Positions 1 through 9,655 of a stretch of 64,000 nucleotides of DNA are shown here, piece by piece. How positions within the stretch are numbered: position 1 is the first letter of the stretch; every line of letters starts with the position of its first letter. The stretch is from Candidatus Bathyarchaeota archaeon B26-2 (GTDB taxonomy: Archaea > Thermoproteota > Bathyarchaeia > Bathyarchaeales > B26-1): assembly GCA_001593935.1 (NCBI GenBank), contig LUCE01000002.1, forward strand, positions 1,290 to 65,289, written 5' to 3'. Made by a program: the position numbers and the translations under genes. The notes beneath the pieces were generated by a model, which saw nothing but the letters and a program-made list of their open reading frames with translations, had not been told where the DNA came from and made no database searches.

Positions 1-724
1 TCTGCTTGGGGGTTAAGGGTTGAACCTTCGAGCCTATGCTGGCGTTCTCCTCAACCTCCCTTATGCTTTTCATTCCTACTATGGCCGTCGAAGCTCCGTG
101 CTCCCAGATGTAGTTCAAGGCTTCCGCGACGTTCGTCAGGGCCCCCCTACCTAGAGGCTTCATCGCCGCGACCCCGACGCCAAGTTCAAGCGCGAGCGGT
201 ATGAGTTTCTCCCTAGCCTCATTGTAGACGTAGTTGAACGGAACCACAACATTCGAGAAGTATCCAGTCTTTATAGCTTCCGCTACAAAGTTAGGGTCGT
301 GATCTGTTATGCCGATATGTTCGATTATGCCTTCTTCTTGCGCCTTCAAGAGGACGTTGAGGCCTCCCTCCTTCCCCAACCCCTGTTCAAACTGTTCAGG
401 TGTTATCCTGAACTGAACTATCTCTATTCTGTCGGTTTGAAGCATCTTCAAAGCGGATTCGAGGCCCTTCTGGGTCCTCTCCCTCGATACCCCAAATATC
501 TTCACGTTGAGGATGCATTCCTCTCTCCGGTCTCGGATGGCTCTACCAATCTTTGTGGCGCTGTCCCCGTACGTAGGCGAGGTGTGGAAGAGATTTATCC
601 CTAGGTCCATGGCCCTCCTAACAACCTCAACCGCCTCATCCTCACTGACTTTGGCGATCGGTATTCCTCCAAACCCGACAACCGAGACTTTCAGGCCTGT
701 TTTACCGAGAACTCTATACTCCAT
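1..724 (-). CDS. aldo/keto reductase (3' end cut by window edge)
   Basis: Absent from the ORF track because it runs off the window. Reverse-strand translation from the ATG (complement of 722-724) reads MEYRVLGKTGLKVSVVGFGGIPIAK...DLGINLFHTSPTYGDS..., a typical AKR N-terminus. The frame stays open to base 1. Confidence 0.8.
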   Translation of the reverse strand, partial: MEYRVLGKTGLKVSVVGFGGIPIAKVSEDEAVEVVRRAMDLGINLFHTSPTYGDSATKIGRAIRDRREECILNVKIFGVSRERTQKGLESALKMLQTDRIEIVQFRITPEQFEQGLGKEGGLNVLLKAQEEGIIEHIGITDHDPNFVAEAIKTGYFSNVVVPFNYVYNEAREKLIPLALELGVGVAAMKPLGRGALTNVAEALNYIWEHGASTAIVGMKSIREVEENASIGSKVQPLTPKQ

Positions 725-838
725 TTTAATCACACCTTTCTGTGAACCTTTAACGCCCGCCATCTCAGCGAGATATTCTCTTTCGTTCAATTAAATTTAA
801 TAGGTCTTCTGGGTTAATCTCTGTCTTGGTGTACCCCA

Positions 839-1738
839 ATGAGGATTCTCGTTACAGGTGGATGCGGCTTCATCGGGAGTAACCTCGTTGAGAGGCTCGT
901 TGAGGACGGTTACTCCGTCACAGTCTTCGACAACCTCAGTTCAGGTAACGTAGAGAACATCAAAGGCCTCGAAGTCGAGTTCTACAATAAGCCATACTCG
1001 TACCTATCAACGCTTCCAAGGTTCGACGCGATCTTCCATCTAGGCATACCATCCTCCTCGCCCATGTATAAGGCCAACCCCCTCCTAGTAGGTGAAGCCA
1101 TAAACGATATGATCACGGTCTTGGAGTACGCTAGAAAGACGGGATGCAAAGTTGTCTACGCGAGTAGCAGCAGCATCTACAACGGAAATAAAGTTCCGTA
1201 CAGGGAGGATATGCCAATCTACGTAACCGACTACTATACGGAGTGCAGATACGCCGTTGAGAGGCTTGCAAAGCTCTATAATATACTTCACGGTGTTAGA
1301 TCAGTGGGGATGAGGTTCTTCAGCATCTACGGACCGAGGGAGGAGTACAAGGGAAGGTATGCCAACATAGTCTCCCAGTTCTTATGGAGTATGCTTAAGG
1401 ATGAGCCTCCCGTGATCTTTGGTGACGGAAACCAGACGAGGGACTTCACCCACGTCCGCGACGTCGTTGATGCTCTTATGCTCGCGATGGAGAAGGACCT
1501 TGAATGTGAGGTCTTCAATGTCGGAACGGGTGTGTCCCACTCCTTCAACGAGGTCGTGGAGATGCTGAATCGTCTTTTAGGGAAGGATATAAAGCCGGTC
1601 TATAAGCCGAACCCTATAAAGAACTACGTCTACCACACCTTAGCTGACACGTCGAAGGCGGAGAAGGTCCTAGGCTTCAAGGCCAAGATAACTCTAGAGG
1701 AAGGGCTCTCCGAGCTTGTAGAGATGCATCGAGGCTGA
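839..1738 (+). CDS. NAD-dependent epimerase/dehydratase (extended SDR)
   Basis: N-terminal Rossmann motif VTGGCGFIGSNL and an SSSSIYN segment. Overall length and layout resemble UDP-sugar 4-epimerase-like enzymes. The expected YxxxK is replaced by YxxxR (see findings). Confidence 0.8.
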   Translation: MRILVTGGCGFIGSNLVERLVEDGYSVTVFDNLSSGNVENIKGLEVEFYNKPYSYLSTLPRFDAIFHLGIPSSSPMYKANPLLVGEAINDMITVLEYARKTGCKVVYASSSSIYNGNKVPYREDMPIYVTDYYTECRYAVERLAKLYNILHGVRSVGMRFFSIYGPREEYKGRYANIVSQFLWSMLKDEPPVIFGDGNQTRDFTHVRDVVDALMLAMEKDLECEVFNVGTGVSHSFNEVVEMLNRLLGKDIKPVYKPNPIKNYVYHTLADTSKAEKVLGFKAKITLEEGLSELVEMHRG

Positions 1739-1757
1739 AGGAGGAAGAGCGCCGAGA

Positions 1758-2774
1758 ATGCTTGTGACATGTGCAGGAATCTTAGTAGCCGATATGATAG
1801 CAAGCGACCTCCCAAGAATATCGGAACCCGGCGAAGTTGTGTTCACAGAAAGGCCGATAGAACTTCACATAGGAGGACATGCGGCTAACGTCTCCGTAGA
1901 CCTCATAAAGCTGGGCCTTAAGAGAAGCGAAGTAAGCGCGGTTGGAGCCGTCGGAGAAGACGCTCTCGGTAGATTTATAGAGGAGACCCTAGAGCAGTAC
2001 GGGGTCCTATGCCACCTACAGAAGATCAGAAGAACCGGAACATCGAAGGACATGATCCTAGTCGTGAAGGGTCAAGACCGGAGGTACCACGTCGATATAG
2101 GGGCAAACTGGCACCTAGACCTACACCACCTTAAGAGAGTCCTCGAGGAAGAGCGCCCTAGAATATTTTACCTCGGCGGAGCCGGGTTCCTAGGTCGCCT
2201 AGACGAGAGGCTTGGAGAGATTCTGAGCGAAGCCAAGGCCCTTGGATGCCTTACATTTCTCGACCCTGTGGCGCCATACCGGCATGGCTGGGACATATTC
2301 GTACCTGCCCTAGAGTGGGCCGACGCCTTCCACTGCAACAACATCGAGGCCGAGAGGATAACTGGTTCTAGTGAACCACGCGAGGCAGCTCGGCTCCTCA
2401 TTAATTGGGGAGCCAAACTGGCGGTTATAACCCTCGGGGAAAGGGGGCTCATCGCCGCAACTAAAGATGCGGTTTTTGAGATGCCAGCCTTCAAGGTTCC
2501 AGTGGTTGACCCCACGGGTGCGGGGGACGCCTTCTGCTCTGGAGTCATCCGCGGCCTCGTCAAAGAGATGGAACCAAAAAGAAAGACGCGCGACATAGCC
2601 TCGCTTGAGGACGATGTCTTAACCGGAATTCTCTTAGAGGGTGAGGCTGCCGGCGCGGCCTGTGTGACCATGGTCGGAACCACAACGGGTGTGAGCAGGG
2701 ATAGGGTGGATGCCCTCATAAAGGAGCAAGGTTCAACAGTCCTTAAGAATGTCTGTGTAAAGAGGGCATGCTGA
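1758..2774 (+). CDS. PfkB-family carbohydrate kinase
   Basis: C-terminal ribokinase/PfkB signature DPTGAGDAFCSGVI. 338 aa. Confidence 0.8.
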   Translation: MLVTCAGILVADMIASDLPRISEPGEVVFTERPIELHIGGHAANVSVDLIKLGLKRSEVSAVGAVGEDALGRFIEETLEQYGVLCHLQKIRRTGTSKDMILVVKGQDRRYHVDIGANWHLDLHHLKRVLEEERPRIFYLGGAGFLGRLDERLGEILSEAKALGCLTFLDPVAPYRHGWDIFVPALEWADAFHCNNIEAERITGSSEPREAARLLINWGAKLAVITLGERGLIAATKDAVFEMPAFKVPVVDPTGAGDAFCSGVIRGLVKEMEPKRKTRDIASLEDDVLTGILLEGEAAGAACVTMVGTTTGVSRDRVDALIKEQGSTVLKNVCVKRAC

Positions 2775-2880
2775 AAAGGATGGCCATCGGACGCTGAAGA
2801 AGGTCCAATCAGAAACAAATCCACAAATATTATAGGCAAGTTTATGATTATTTTTTAGCTCGTTTTGGGGGACGGCATTT

Positions 2881-3576
2881 GTGGTTAGAGTTATTGGACA
2901 CCGTGGGGCAGCAGGACTAGAACCGGAGAACACCTTAAGGTCTATCAAGAGAGCCATTGATCTCGGAGCCGATGAGGTTGAAGTTGATGTCCGCGTAACT
3001 AGAGATGGGCATCTCGTCGTAATCCACGACGAGACCGTTGAACGGACTACGGATGGACACGGCTACGTTAAGGACCTAACCTTCAATGAGATTAGACGGT
3101 TGGACGCTGGTTTAGGTGAGGCCGTTCCGACACTAGAAGAAGTCCTGAATCTAACCCAAGGCATACTTGTCCTCAACGTTGAGTTAAAGGTTCCTGAAGC
3201 TCTCCGGCCTACTCTGCGGGTCATCGAGGAGAAGAACGCTGAAAGCGACGTGGTTGTGATATCGTTTATACATGACCTCTTGGGTGAAATCCACCGTCTG
3301 AACCCTCAGATAGAGACCGGAGCTCTCTTCTCCGCTGTACCGGATGATATCTTTGTGAGGGCATCCGAAGTCCACGCCAAGGGAATCTACATACAATACC
3401 GCAACGTGAACGCCGAACTCGTCGAGGAGGCCCACAGAGAGGGCTTAAAGATTGGAGTCTGGACGGTTAACTCAGTTGAAGAGATGAGGCGCATGATCAG
3501 GATGGGTGTGGACGCCGTGACAACTGATAGACCCGACATCCTGATAAATCTCTTGAGGTCCATGGGCCTGAGGTGA
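2881..3576 (+). CDS. glycerophosphodiester phosphodiesterase (GDPD family)
   Basis: GTG start. VIGHRGAAGLEPENTL...EVDVRVTRDGHLVVIHDETVERTTDG matches the GDPD catalytic core. Confidence 0.85.
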   Translation: MVRVIGHRGAAGLEPENTLRSIKRAIDLGADEVEVDVRVTRDGHLVVIHDETVERTTDGHGYVKDLTFNEIRRLDAGLGEAVPTLEEVLNLTQGILVLNVELKVPEALRPTLRVIEEKNAESDVVVISFIHDLLGEIHRLNPQIETGALFSAVPDDIFVRASEVHAKGIYIQYRNVNAELVEEAHREGLKIGVWTVNSVEEMRRMIRMGVDAVTTDRPDILINLLRSMGLR

Positions 3577-3630
3577 GGAGTTCGGATAACCTTTATTGCT
3601 CTAGCAAGTCACCAGTATCCTTGATGAAGG

Positions 3631-4698
3631 TTGATCGAGGCGCCGTGCCTCAAGGTCAGTAAGGCCTTCGGCGAGAGAGCCATACGTCTAGTCGCCAAAC
3701 TTAACCTACTTGACAGAAGGCTCAAGGTTCAATCCGACGGTGGTTACGTGTACGTACCGCTCCTAGATGAACCCAGCATACACGAGAAGGCTGAGCTCTC
3801 CAATGAACTCAAAGGATTGGAGATTGTTAAGAGGCTGTTCCCAAAACGGACCAAGGTCGTTAAGGCGGTAGACTTGGCTGCGGAGCTCCTGCCTCCTCGC
3901 CTCTTGGCGAGTTTCCCCCGTTCAATCGATTTCCTGGGCCACATAGCCATAGTCGAGATACCCCCAGAGCTTGAGGAGTACAAGGAGGTCGTCGGAGAAG
4001 TGGTCTTGAGGGCGCATAAGAACGTCCGAACAGTTCTGGCTAAGGCTGGAGCCGTCAGAGGAATCTACCGGTTGAGGAATTTCGAGGTCATAGCGGGTTC
4101 AGATGAGACAGAGACCGTTCATAGAGAATTCGGATGTCTATATTACCTCGATCCGATGAGAGTCTACTTTTCCCCTAGGCTCTCCTATGAACATTATAGG
4201 GTTGCATCACAAGTCCGTGAAGGCGAGACCGTGATCGACATGTTCGCCGGGGTAGGCCCATTCTCGATCCTAACAGCGAAGATGCTCAACTTAGTGAGGG
4301 TCTACGCCATCGACATAAACCCTGACGCCGTAAGTTATCTCAAAAGGAACATAGTCGCAAACAGGGTTGAAGACAAAGTTGTACCCATACTAGGAGACGC
4401 GGGGAAGGTTGTAGCGGAGAGGCTCAGAGGCCTCGCGGACCGCGTTATAATGAACCTCCCTGAGAGGGCGTCCGAGTACATCGGTGCAGCCTGTGAAGCT
4501 CTCAAGCCCCGTGGCGGAGTGATCCATTACTACGAGTTCGCATCTGGCGACAACCCCGCTAAGAGCGTCGAGACGAGACTCAAGAAGATAGTTGCGGAGC
4601 AGACGAACCGTAGAGTCTCCAAGGTTCTGGCCAGCAAGATCGTCAGGGAGGTGGCCCCATACGTCTGGCAGATAGCCGTAGACCTAGAGGTCGAGTAA
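3631..4698 (+). CDS. trm5: tRNA (guanine37-N1)-methyltransferase, Trm5/Met-10+ family
   Basis: SAM-binding motif VIDMFAGVGPFSI and an NLPE motif. Size is typical of archaeal Trm5. Confidence 0.75.
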   Translation: MIEAPCLKVSKAFGERAIRLVAKLNLLDRRLKVQSDGGYVYVPLLDEPSIHEKAELSNELKGLEIVKRLFPKRTKVVKAVDLAAELLPPRLLASFPRSIDFLGHIAIVEIPPELEEYKEVVGEVVLRAHKNVRTVLAKAGAVRGIYRLRNFEVIAGSDETETVHREFGCLYYLDPMRVYFSPRLSYEHYRVASQVREGETVIDMFAGVGPFSILTAKMLNLVRVYAIDINPDAVSYLKRNIVANRVEDKVVPILGDAGKVVAERLRGLADRVIMNLPERASEYIGAACEALKPRGGVIHYYEFASGDNPAKSVETRLKKIVAEQTNRRVSKVLASKIVREVAPYVWQIAVDLEVE

Positions 4699-4711
4699 TT
4701 TTTGTGGGTAT

Positions 4712-5161
4712 TCAAGGGGTTCTCACGGTCAGGGTTATCTTAACTCTGGTGTTCGGGCTCTTCAGTTTCTCGATGAGGCTTCTCGAGAGGTCTTTAGCGG
4801 CTTTTTTAGCCTTTATGGCAACTGTTCGTCCACATATGTAGGTGCTTCTCCTCACAACAATGTCGTGGGGGTGTGTGAACGTTAGGCGCGGATCACCACG
4901 AGCTTCAACAACCTCTTTGACGCCTCCAGCCTCTATGGTCACAGTGATCTTAGAGCCTTCTCTTCTGGCGTACTCTTTGAATTTAGGGTTCAAGTCAGCC
5001 GCTCCTTTATCTGCTCTAACTGCGATTATGCAGTCTCCACGCCTTGTCAGCGTGGTCTCCTTCGTCACCTCAAAGGTTGTCTTGTGAGTTGACCGCACCA
5101 TCATGTGGCCCCATGCGTTTATCACGTCAGCAGCCTCGTTAGATGCTGGGTCGGAGTGCAT
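4712..5161 (-). CDS. DUF371 domain protein
   Basis: WGH..V.STHKTTFEVTKETTLTRRGDCIIAVRADK matches the DUF371 pattern as I recall it. The ATG at 5161 fits the family N-terminus better than the ORF-track start at 5194. Confidence 0.55.
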   Translation of the reverse strand: MHSDPASNEAADVINAWGHMMVRSTHKTTFEVTKETTLTRRGDCIIAVRADKGAADLNPKFKEYARREGSKITVTIEAGGVKEVVEARGDPRLTFTHPHDIVVRRSTYICGRTVAIKAKKAAKDLSRSLIEKLKSPNTRVKITLTVRTP

Positions 5162-5247
5162 CCGTTCGTCCTCTCCAAGGCTCGAATCAAACAATTTTTA
5201 AATGTTCCGTAGATTAATCTCTTATCATTCATGCTTGAGGAGTTCTT

Positions 5248-5505
5248 ATGCCTAGGGTGCGGAAGGGAGCCATCCAGATCAGGTTTGAGATACTTGAGTA
5301 TCTGTATTATAAACGTGAGCCTCAACTCCGCACCTACATTTGGCGTAAGGCAACGTCCCTCTCCTATGACGATTTCCTGAAGCACCTCTCCTACTTGAAG
5401 GAGAAGGGTCTCATCGAGGAGACAGATGATGGCCTATGCAAGTTAACTGAGGAGGGAAGGAGGATATACGATGAGCTTCGGAGGGTTCTTCCTTCCATAC
5501 TCTAA
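5248..5505 (+). CDS. small winged-helix DNA-binding protein
   Basis: 85 aa with a helix-turn-helix-wing-like pattern (SYDDFLKHLSYLKEKGLIEETDDGLCKLTEEG). Confidence 0.5.
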   Translation: MPRVRKGAIQIRFEILEYLYYKREPQLRTYIWRKATSLSYDDFLKHLSYLKEKGLIEETDDGLCKLTEEGRRIYDELRRVLPSIL

Positions 5506-5568
5506 GTTTCACTATTGGTGCATCAAGGTTATGAAGGTATACATCAAAGTAAGAGGGTGACCTTGAAG

Positions 5569-5931
5569 ATGAGTAAGGAAGAGGATGAGGAGAAGGAGGA
5601 GTATTACCCCCTCAAAACGTTACATGACTTCCTCCAAGAGATCGACAAGGAATGGGATAGTTTCAAAACGGCGGCCATAATAGGGATAATCCTCTCCATC
5701 ACACTGATGGTCTTCACGTTCTACCGCCTATTGGGGTTCATGATGGCGTTAAGGGCCGGGATGAGGCTCTTCAGGATGTTCGATGACGTGATCTTCACAG
5801 CTCTAATATTCGCATTCGTCATCTACGAGATACACCTCCTCTCCAAACAGTATAACTTCTTCAAGAGGTGGGAACGCCGGATGGGGCTCCTCCTGCACTT
5901 AGAGAGGAGGCTCCTAGAGAAGCAGGAGTAA
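5569..5931 (+). CDS. small membrane protein, unknown function
   Basis: Acidic N-terminus (EEDEEKEE) followed by two hydrophobic helices. The ATG at 5569 is preceded by GGGTGA. The ORF-track start at 5515 is a TTG. Confidence 0.4.
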   Translation: MSKEEDEEKEEYYPLKTLHDFLQEIDKEWDSFKTAAIIGIILSITLMVFTFYRLLGFMMALRAGMRLFRMFDDVIFTALIFAFVIYEIHLLSKQYNFFKRWERRMGLLLHLERRLLEKQE

Positions 5932-6011
5932 ACTCCACGCGCGACCACTTGAGCAGAGTAGATTAAAGCTTAAGTGGATAAGGCTGCTACCCAATAGGTC
6001 GGTGAAGAACA

Positions 6012-7040
6012 TTGGTTAGGTTAGGCTTCATCGGGTGTGGAAGCATAAGTCGCACCCATGTTGCTCGTCTCTCCCTCCTAGAGGAGGGTGAAGCCGAGAT
6101 AGTTGGTCTATGCGACGTGAACCCCAAGAACGCTGAAGCTCTTATGAAGATGATCAAGAGATTCTGCAACATATCTCCGAAGCCTCCAAAGGAGCCGTCC
6201 ATATACAGAGACTATCGGGAGATGCTCGGAGACTTGGAGCTAGACGCGGTGATCGTCTGTACGCCTCACGTCTTCCATCATAGGCACGTGATGGCTGCGC
6301 TCAATAAAGACTTACACGTCCTTGTTGAGAAGCCTATGGCCATAGATGTAAGCGAAGCCGAGGAGATGCGTGACACCGCTGAGCAGAAAGGTCTGATCCT
6401 AGCCGTCGGGTACCAGAGGCACTTCCAGCCTGAATACTTCTACGCTAGGGAGACCATACGCAGCGGAAGATTAGGAGAGCCGCACTTCGTGGTTGCTTGG
6501 CTAACCCAAGACTTGAGGAGGGCTATAGGCGCAAGGTCATGGTACCTAGACCCATCTCTAGCAGGAGGCGGCCAACTCATATGCTCGGGAACCCACTTGA
6601 TCGACATAGTCCTATGGACCGTCGGCGCTGAGCCTAGGAGGGTCAAGGCCTTCATGGACCGAGAGGGCGCGGAGGTCGAGATGTATGTAACCCTCTCTGT
6701 GGAATTCTCCAACGGAGCTCTAGCAAGCATCTCGATTCTAGGAGACTCGCCGGAGAAGTCTCTGAAGGACGAGCTCAGAGTATGGTGTAGCAGAGGAGCG
6801 GTCTACGTCAAGGAGGGTAGAGTCTACGTCCAAGAGAAAGGCGGATACCTTATGGAGGTTCCACGCGAACTCCTCCCAAAGCCAAGCCCCAACCCTGACG
6901 TAAACTTCGTGAAGGCCATACTTGGGAAGGAGGAATGTCTAGTCCCAGCGTCATGCGGGGTGAACGCGACTAAGCTCGAACAGATGGCATACAAAGACGC
7001 GAAGCCCATACCGAACAACCTGAAACCCGCCGGGAACTGA
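6012..7040 (+). CDS. Gfo/Idh/MocA family oxidoreductase
   Basis: N-terminal Rossmann RLGFIGCGSISR and an EKP motif (LVEKPMA). C-terminal NFVKAILG segment is typical of the family. Confidence 0.85.
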   Translation: MVRLGFIGCGSISRTHVARLSLLEEGEAEIVGLCDVNPKNAEALMKMIKRFCNISPKPPKEPSIYRDYREMLGDLELDAVIVCTPHVFHHRHVMAALNKDLHVLVEKPMAIDVSEAEEMRDTAEQKGLILAVGYQRHFQPEYFYARETIRSGRLGEPHFVVAWLTQDLRRAIGARSWYLDPSLAGGGQLICSGTHLIDIVLWTVGAEPRRVKAFMDREGAEVEMYVTLSVEFSNGALASISILGDSPEKSLKDELRVWCSRGAVYVKEGRVYVQEKGGYLMEVPRELLPKPSPNPDVNFVKAILGKEECLVPASCGVNATKLEQMAYKDAKPIPNNLKPAGN

Positions 7041-7354
7041 ACGGACAATCCACCTAGAGACAGTTTCTCGTACACTCCAAAGTTAAGCGTGGAGAGACGC
7101 TCGCCCTCAACCAAGAAACTAGAAGATATCCGGGTAGGCTTTCCTCCACCCCTCACAATCTTGACGAAGTTTTCTATAATCTTCTTTCCGCTTGGATGAT
7201 CTCCGTCGTAGATGTTTGGAGGCCTCCCTTGTAGGCCCTCTCCGTCTCAATGCTATCTAGGGTTCTCCCTCTTACTATTATCGATGAAGTATGTTAGGCG
7301 TTCGACCTCCCCGACCCATTCATCAGCCTCACTCTTTCCATCGAGGATTAGGAA
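7041..7354 (-). pseudogene. decayed fragment resembling a Gfo/Idh/MocA C-terminus
   Basis: A single minus-strand frame is open apart from TAG (7253-7255) and TGA (7247-7249). It encodes ...ENFVKIVRGGGKPTRISSSFLVEGERLSTLNFGVYEK, similar to NFVKAILGKEECLVPASCGVNATKLEQMAYK of the neighbouring gene. No start codon is present. Confidence 0.35.
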
Positions 7355-8371
7355 TCATAGATTCTTCAAGAGTTCGAAGTCTCTATCCGTTAAGGCGTTG
7401 AAGTGGAAGATCGTGACTCCTGGCAGCCCCTTCTCTTTAGCGAGGTTGATCTGGCGCATCATCCCCTCAGGAGTGAGGACTCCGGCGCTGCTTCTACGGC
7501 CTATTCCTTCAAAGAGGGGAACGCACCCCTTCAAGAGCATAAGATGCTCCTCTAGAAGATTCCTGAAGACCTCGAACTGGGTTGTGTAGCTCATAGGTGA
7601 CACGATATCTATGAGGCCGTCCTTACACCATGAGACCCAATCCTGCCCTTCAATAACGGCGGAGGTCAAGTAGTAGGCTCGGGCTGCCATGGTGAGCTTA
7701 AGTCCACGCTTCTCGGTTAGGTTCTTCACCCTCTCAACAGTCTCCCTGACACATCTGTTCCTCCAACTTAACTCCTTGTAGACTACGCCTTGGTTCTTGA
7801 GGTCTTCTTCTTCGATCTCCTCTCTGCCCAGCCACTCCAGCCTCTGAGCTTTACAAGCGTCGCAGACACAGGGATATTGAGCTGAGACAGGTCTAGCGTT
7901 TGGGTACCTTATATAATCTAGGTGTATCCCATCTACGTCGTAGTTCTCGAGGAGCTCCTCAACAACCTTCACCGTTAACTCTCGATTCTCCCTCCACGAC
8001 GGGCAAAGCCAGTTCTTGAAGACCGCCCTCTCAGCCCATTCAGGCGGTTCACCCTTAAACTTCACTTTGTACACTCGTTCCGGGAAGAGTCCATAGAGAG
8101 GCGACACGTCGCCGAACCCGATTATCGGGTGGACCTCCACCCCTGCAGTCTTTCCGGCCTCTACGAGCTTGGAGAGCATGTCCTTCCCAGACTTGGGAAT
8201 GAGAGTGGACTTGAAGAGAAGCCTCTCCCCAACAGCAACGAAGGCAAAGTACATGGTGATCCCGACCTCTGCCATTCTCGAGAACGCTGAGTTAACCTCC
8301 TTTTGACTGTCTTTTCCCTCGGGAAACTCTATGTACGGGTGTCCCCAGACCGCTATCTTCATACTTCCCAT
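7355..8371 (-). CDS. glycoside hydrolase-like family 10 (GHL10/DUF187-type) TIM-barrel protein
   Basis: DGIHLDYIRYP motif and overall layout. GGGAGG lies upstream of the ATG. Confidence 0.65.
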   Translation of the reverse strand: MGSMKIAVWGHPYIEFPEGKDSQKEVNSAFSRMAEVGITMYFAFVAVGERLLFKSTLIPKSGKDMLSKLVEAGKTAGVEVHPIIGFGDVSPLYGLFPERVYKVKFKGEPPEWAERAVFKNWLCPSWRENRELTVKVVEELLENYDVDGIHLDYIRYPNARPVSAQYPCVCDACKAQRLEWLGREEIEEEDLKNQGVVYKELSWRNRCVRETVERVKNLTEKRGLKLTMAARAYYLTSAVIEGQDWVSWCKDGLIDIVSPMSYTTQFEVFRNLLEEHLMLLKGCVPLFEGIGRRSSAGVLTPEGMMRQINLAKEKGLPGVTIFHFNALTDRDFELLKNL

Positions 8372-8627
8372 AACAGAATTCCTCCCGTTCCAAAACTTGT
8401 TTTCTCGGTCTTATAAGACTATTCGTTCAGCCTTGGATGATGTGGACTTGGCAAAACAACATTCAGTTCTGACAGATTAAAACCTATGATAGAACGAGAT
8501 CCGCTCGCCCTCTTTTGTCTGGAAAAAATGGAATAGTTATTGTCAGAGAAGTGGATGAGGCATGAATACGCTAGAAAGTTTACGACGCTTATTCTTCGCT
8601 GTGACTTTCAGGTTCTCCCATCACTGG

Positions 8628-9545
8628 CTAGATTAGGCCTTTAAGGTGCTCGATATCTCTCCTGATTATGGTCGGCCTGAGGTTCTTCGGGTAGTTTCCG
8701 AGAGACTCATCCTCGACTGTTAGGTCTCCGTCGTAGCCAGCCCTCCTCAAGGTCTCCACGGCCCTTCTTAGGTCTATATCGCCTTCATATAATGGCGCAG
8801 CGGTCTTAGGGTAGCCCTCTCCAGGTTCTCTCCTCGTATATCTGCGTTCTTCTGTGAAGGAGAGATTCTTTACGTGGGTATGCTTGACGTAGGGCGCGAA
8901 CTCCTCGTATATCTCGTAGACCTCATTCAAGGGGTATCCGTACCAGTAGAAGTTTCCAGTATCTAAGGTTAGACCCATCCTCTCGGAGCCGACTAGGTCT
9001 ATGACCTTTCGGATGTACTCTCTGCTGTTACCTACACGTCCATGGTTCTCCATGCCCAACGAGACGTCTAGGCCCGCCGTTCTGGATATGACCTCCCGTA
9101 TACACTTGGCCGTAAGTCTCGCATAATCCTCTTCGGATACGTTGGGTCTCACCCTCATGACGGGGTTTATGCGCACCACACCAACACCCAGCTCGGAGGC
9201 AGCCCTGCAAGCCCTGACGATCCACCTTACTTCAGCTTCAATGTCCTCCCTAGCGAAGTCGTTGTTGACGAGAAGGGCGCAGACTGAGATGCCCTCAGCC
9301 TTAAGCGTCTCGGCAACAGCCATCCTCGATTTCTCTGTTGAGAGGTCGAACCCCAAGGAGAAGGTTACGCCCATATCGGTGTGCGGCCTCTCCTTCAAAT
9401 CTCTATTAACGATGAGTTCGAAACTATTGATTCCGAGGTCCTTGACGCCGGACAAGACGTCTTCATATCCAAGCCAGAGGACAGTGAAATCCCTAACAGC
9501 CACGTACATCCCTGACACCACCCTAAAATCAACCGGACGCCCCAT
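8628..9545 (-). CDS. sugar phosphate isomerase/epimerase (xylose isomerase-like TIM barrel)
   Basis: LGMENHG and LTLDTGNF metal-site-like motifs typical of the AP endonuclease 2/xylose-isomerase-like fold. Confidence 0.7.
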   Translation of the reverse strand: MGRPVDFRVVSGMYVAVRDFTVLWLGYEDVLSGVKDLGINSFELIVNRDLKERPHTDMGVTFSLGFDLSTEKSRMAVAETLKAEGISVCALLVNNDFAREDIEAEVRWIVRACRAASELGVGVVRINPVMRVRPNVSEEDYARLTAKCIREVISRTAGLDVSLGMENHGRVGNSREYIRKVIDLVGSERMGLTLDTGNFYWYGYPLNEVYEIYEEFAPYVKHTHVKNLSFTEERRYTRREPGEGYPKTAAPLYEGDIDLRRAVETLRRAGYDGDLTVEDESLGNYPKNLRPTIIRRDIEHLKGLI

Positions 9546-9655
9546 ATAAAAGATTAAACCAAGAACGAGAGAGGATACGGAGCCTAAAATAGTTATGTAC
9601 CTAGCTGGGAGAAAGGAGACGTAAAATTCGGCGGAGGGTCGTTAGGAACCCTGTT

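Noticed and set aside
299-794. Two plus-strand ORFs (299-604, 507-794) in the ORF track
   Set aside because: They lie antisense to a convincing aldo/keto reductase on the minus strand (1-724). Their sequences are low-complexity shadow frames.
2168-2839. 223-aa minus-strand ORF
   Set aside because: It is entirely antisense to the PfkB kinase, with Ser/Pro/Ala/Arg-rich shadow-frame composition.
7355-7357. Possible programmed read-through of the GHL10 TGA, because the frame stays open for 33 more codons
   Set aside because: The extension ends in two further stops and resembles a different protein family. A pseudogene remnant is the simpler explanation.
8430-8627. About 200 bp of unannotated spacer with scattered UGAUG/CUGA-like words
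   Set aside because: The box spacing is incompatible with C/D sRNAs, and there is no convincing ORF or stable structure by eye.
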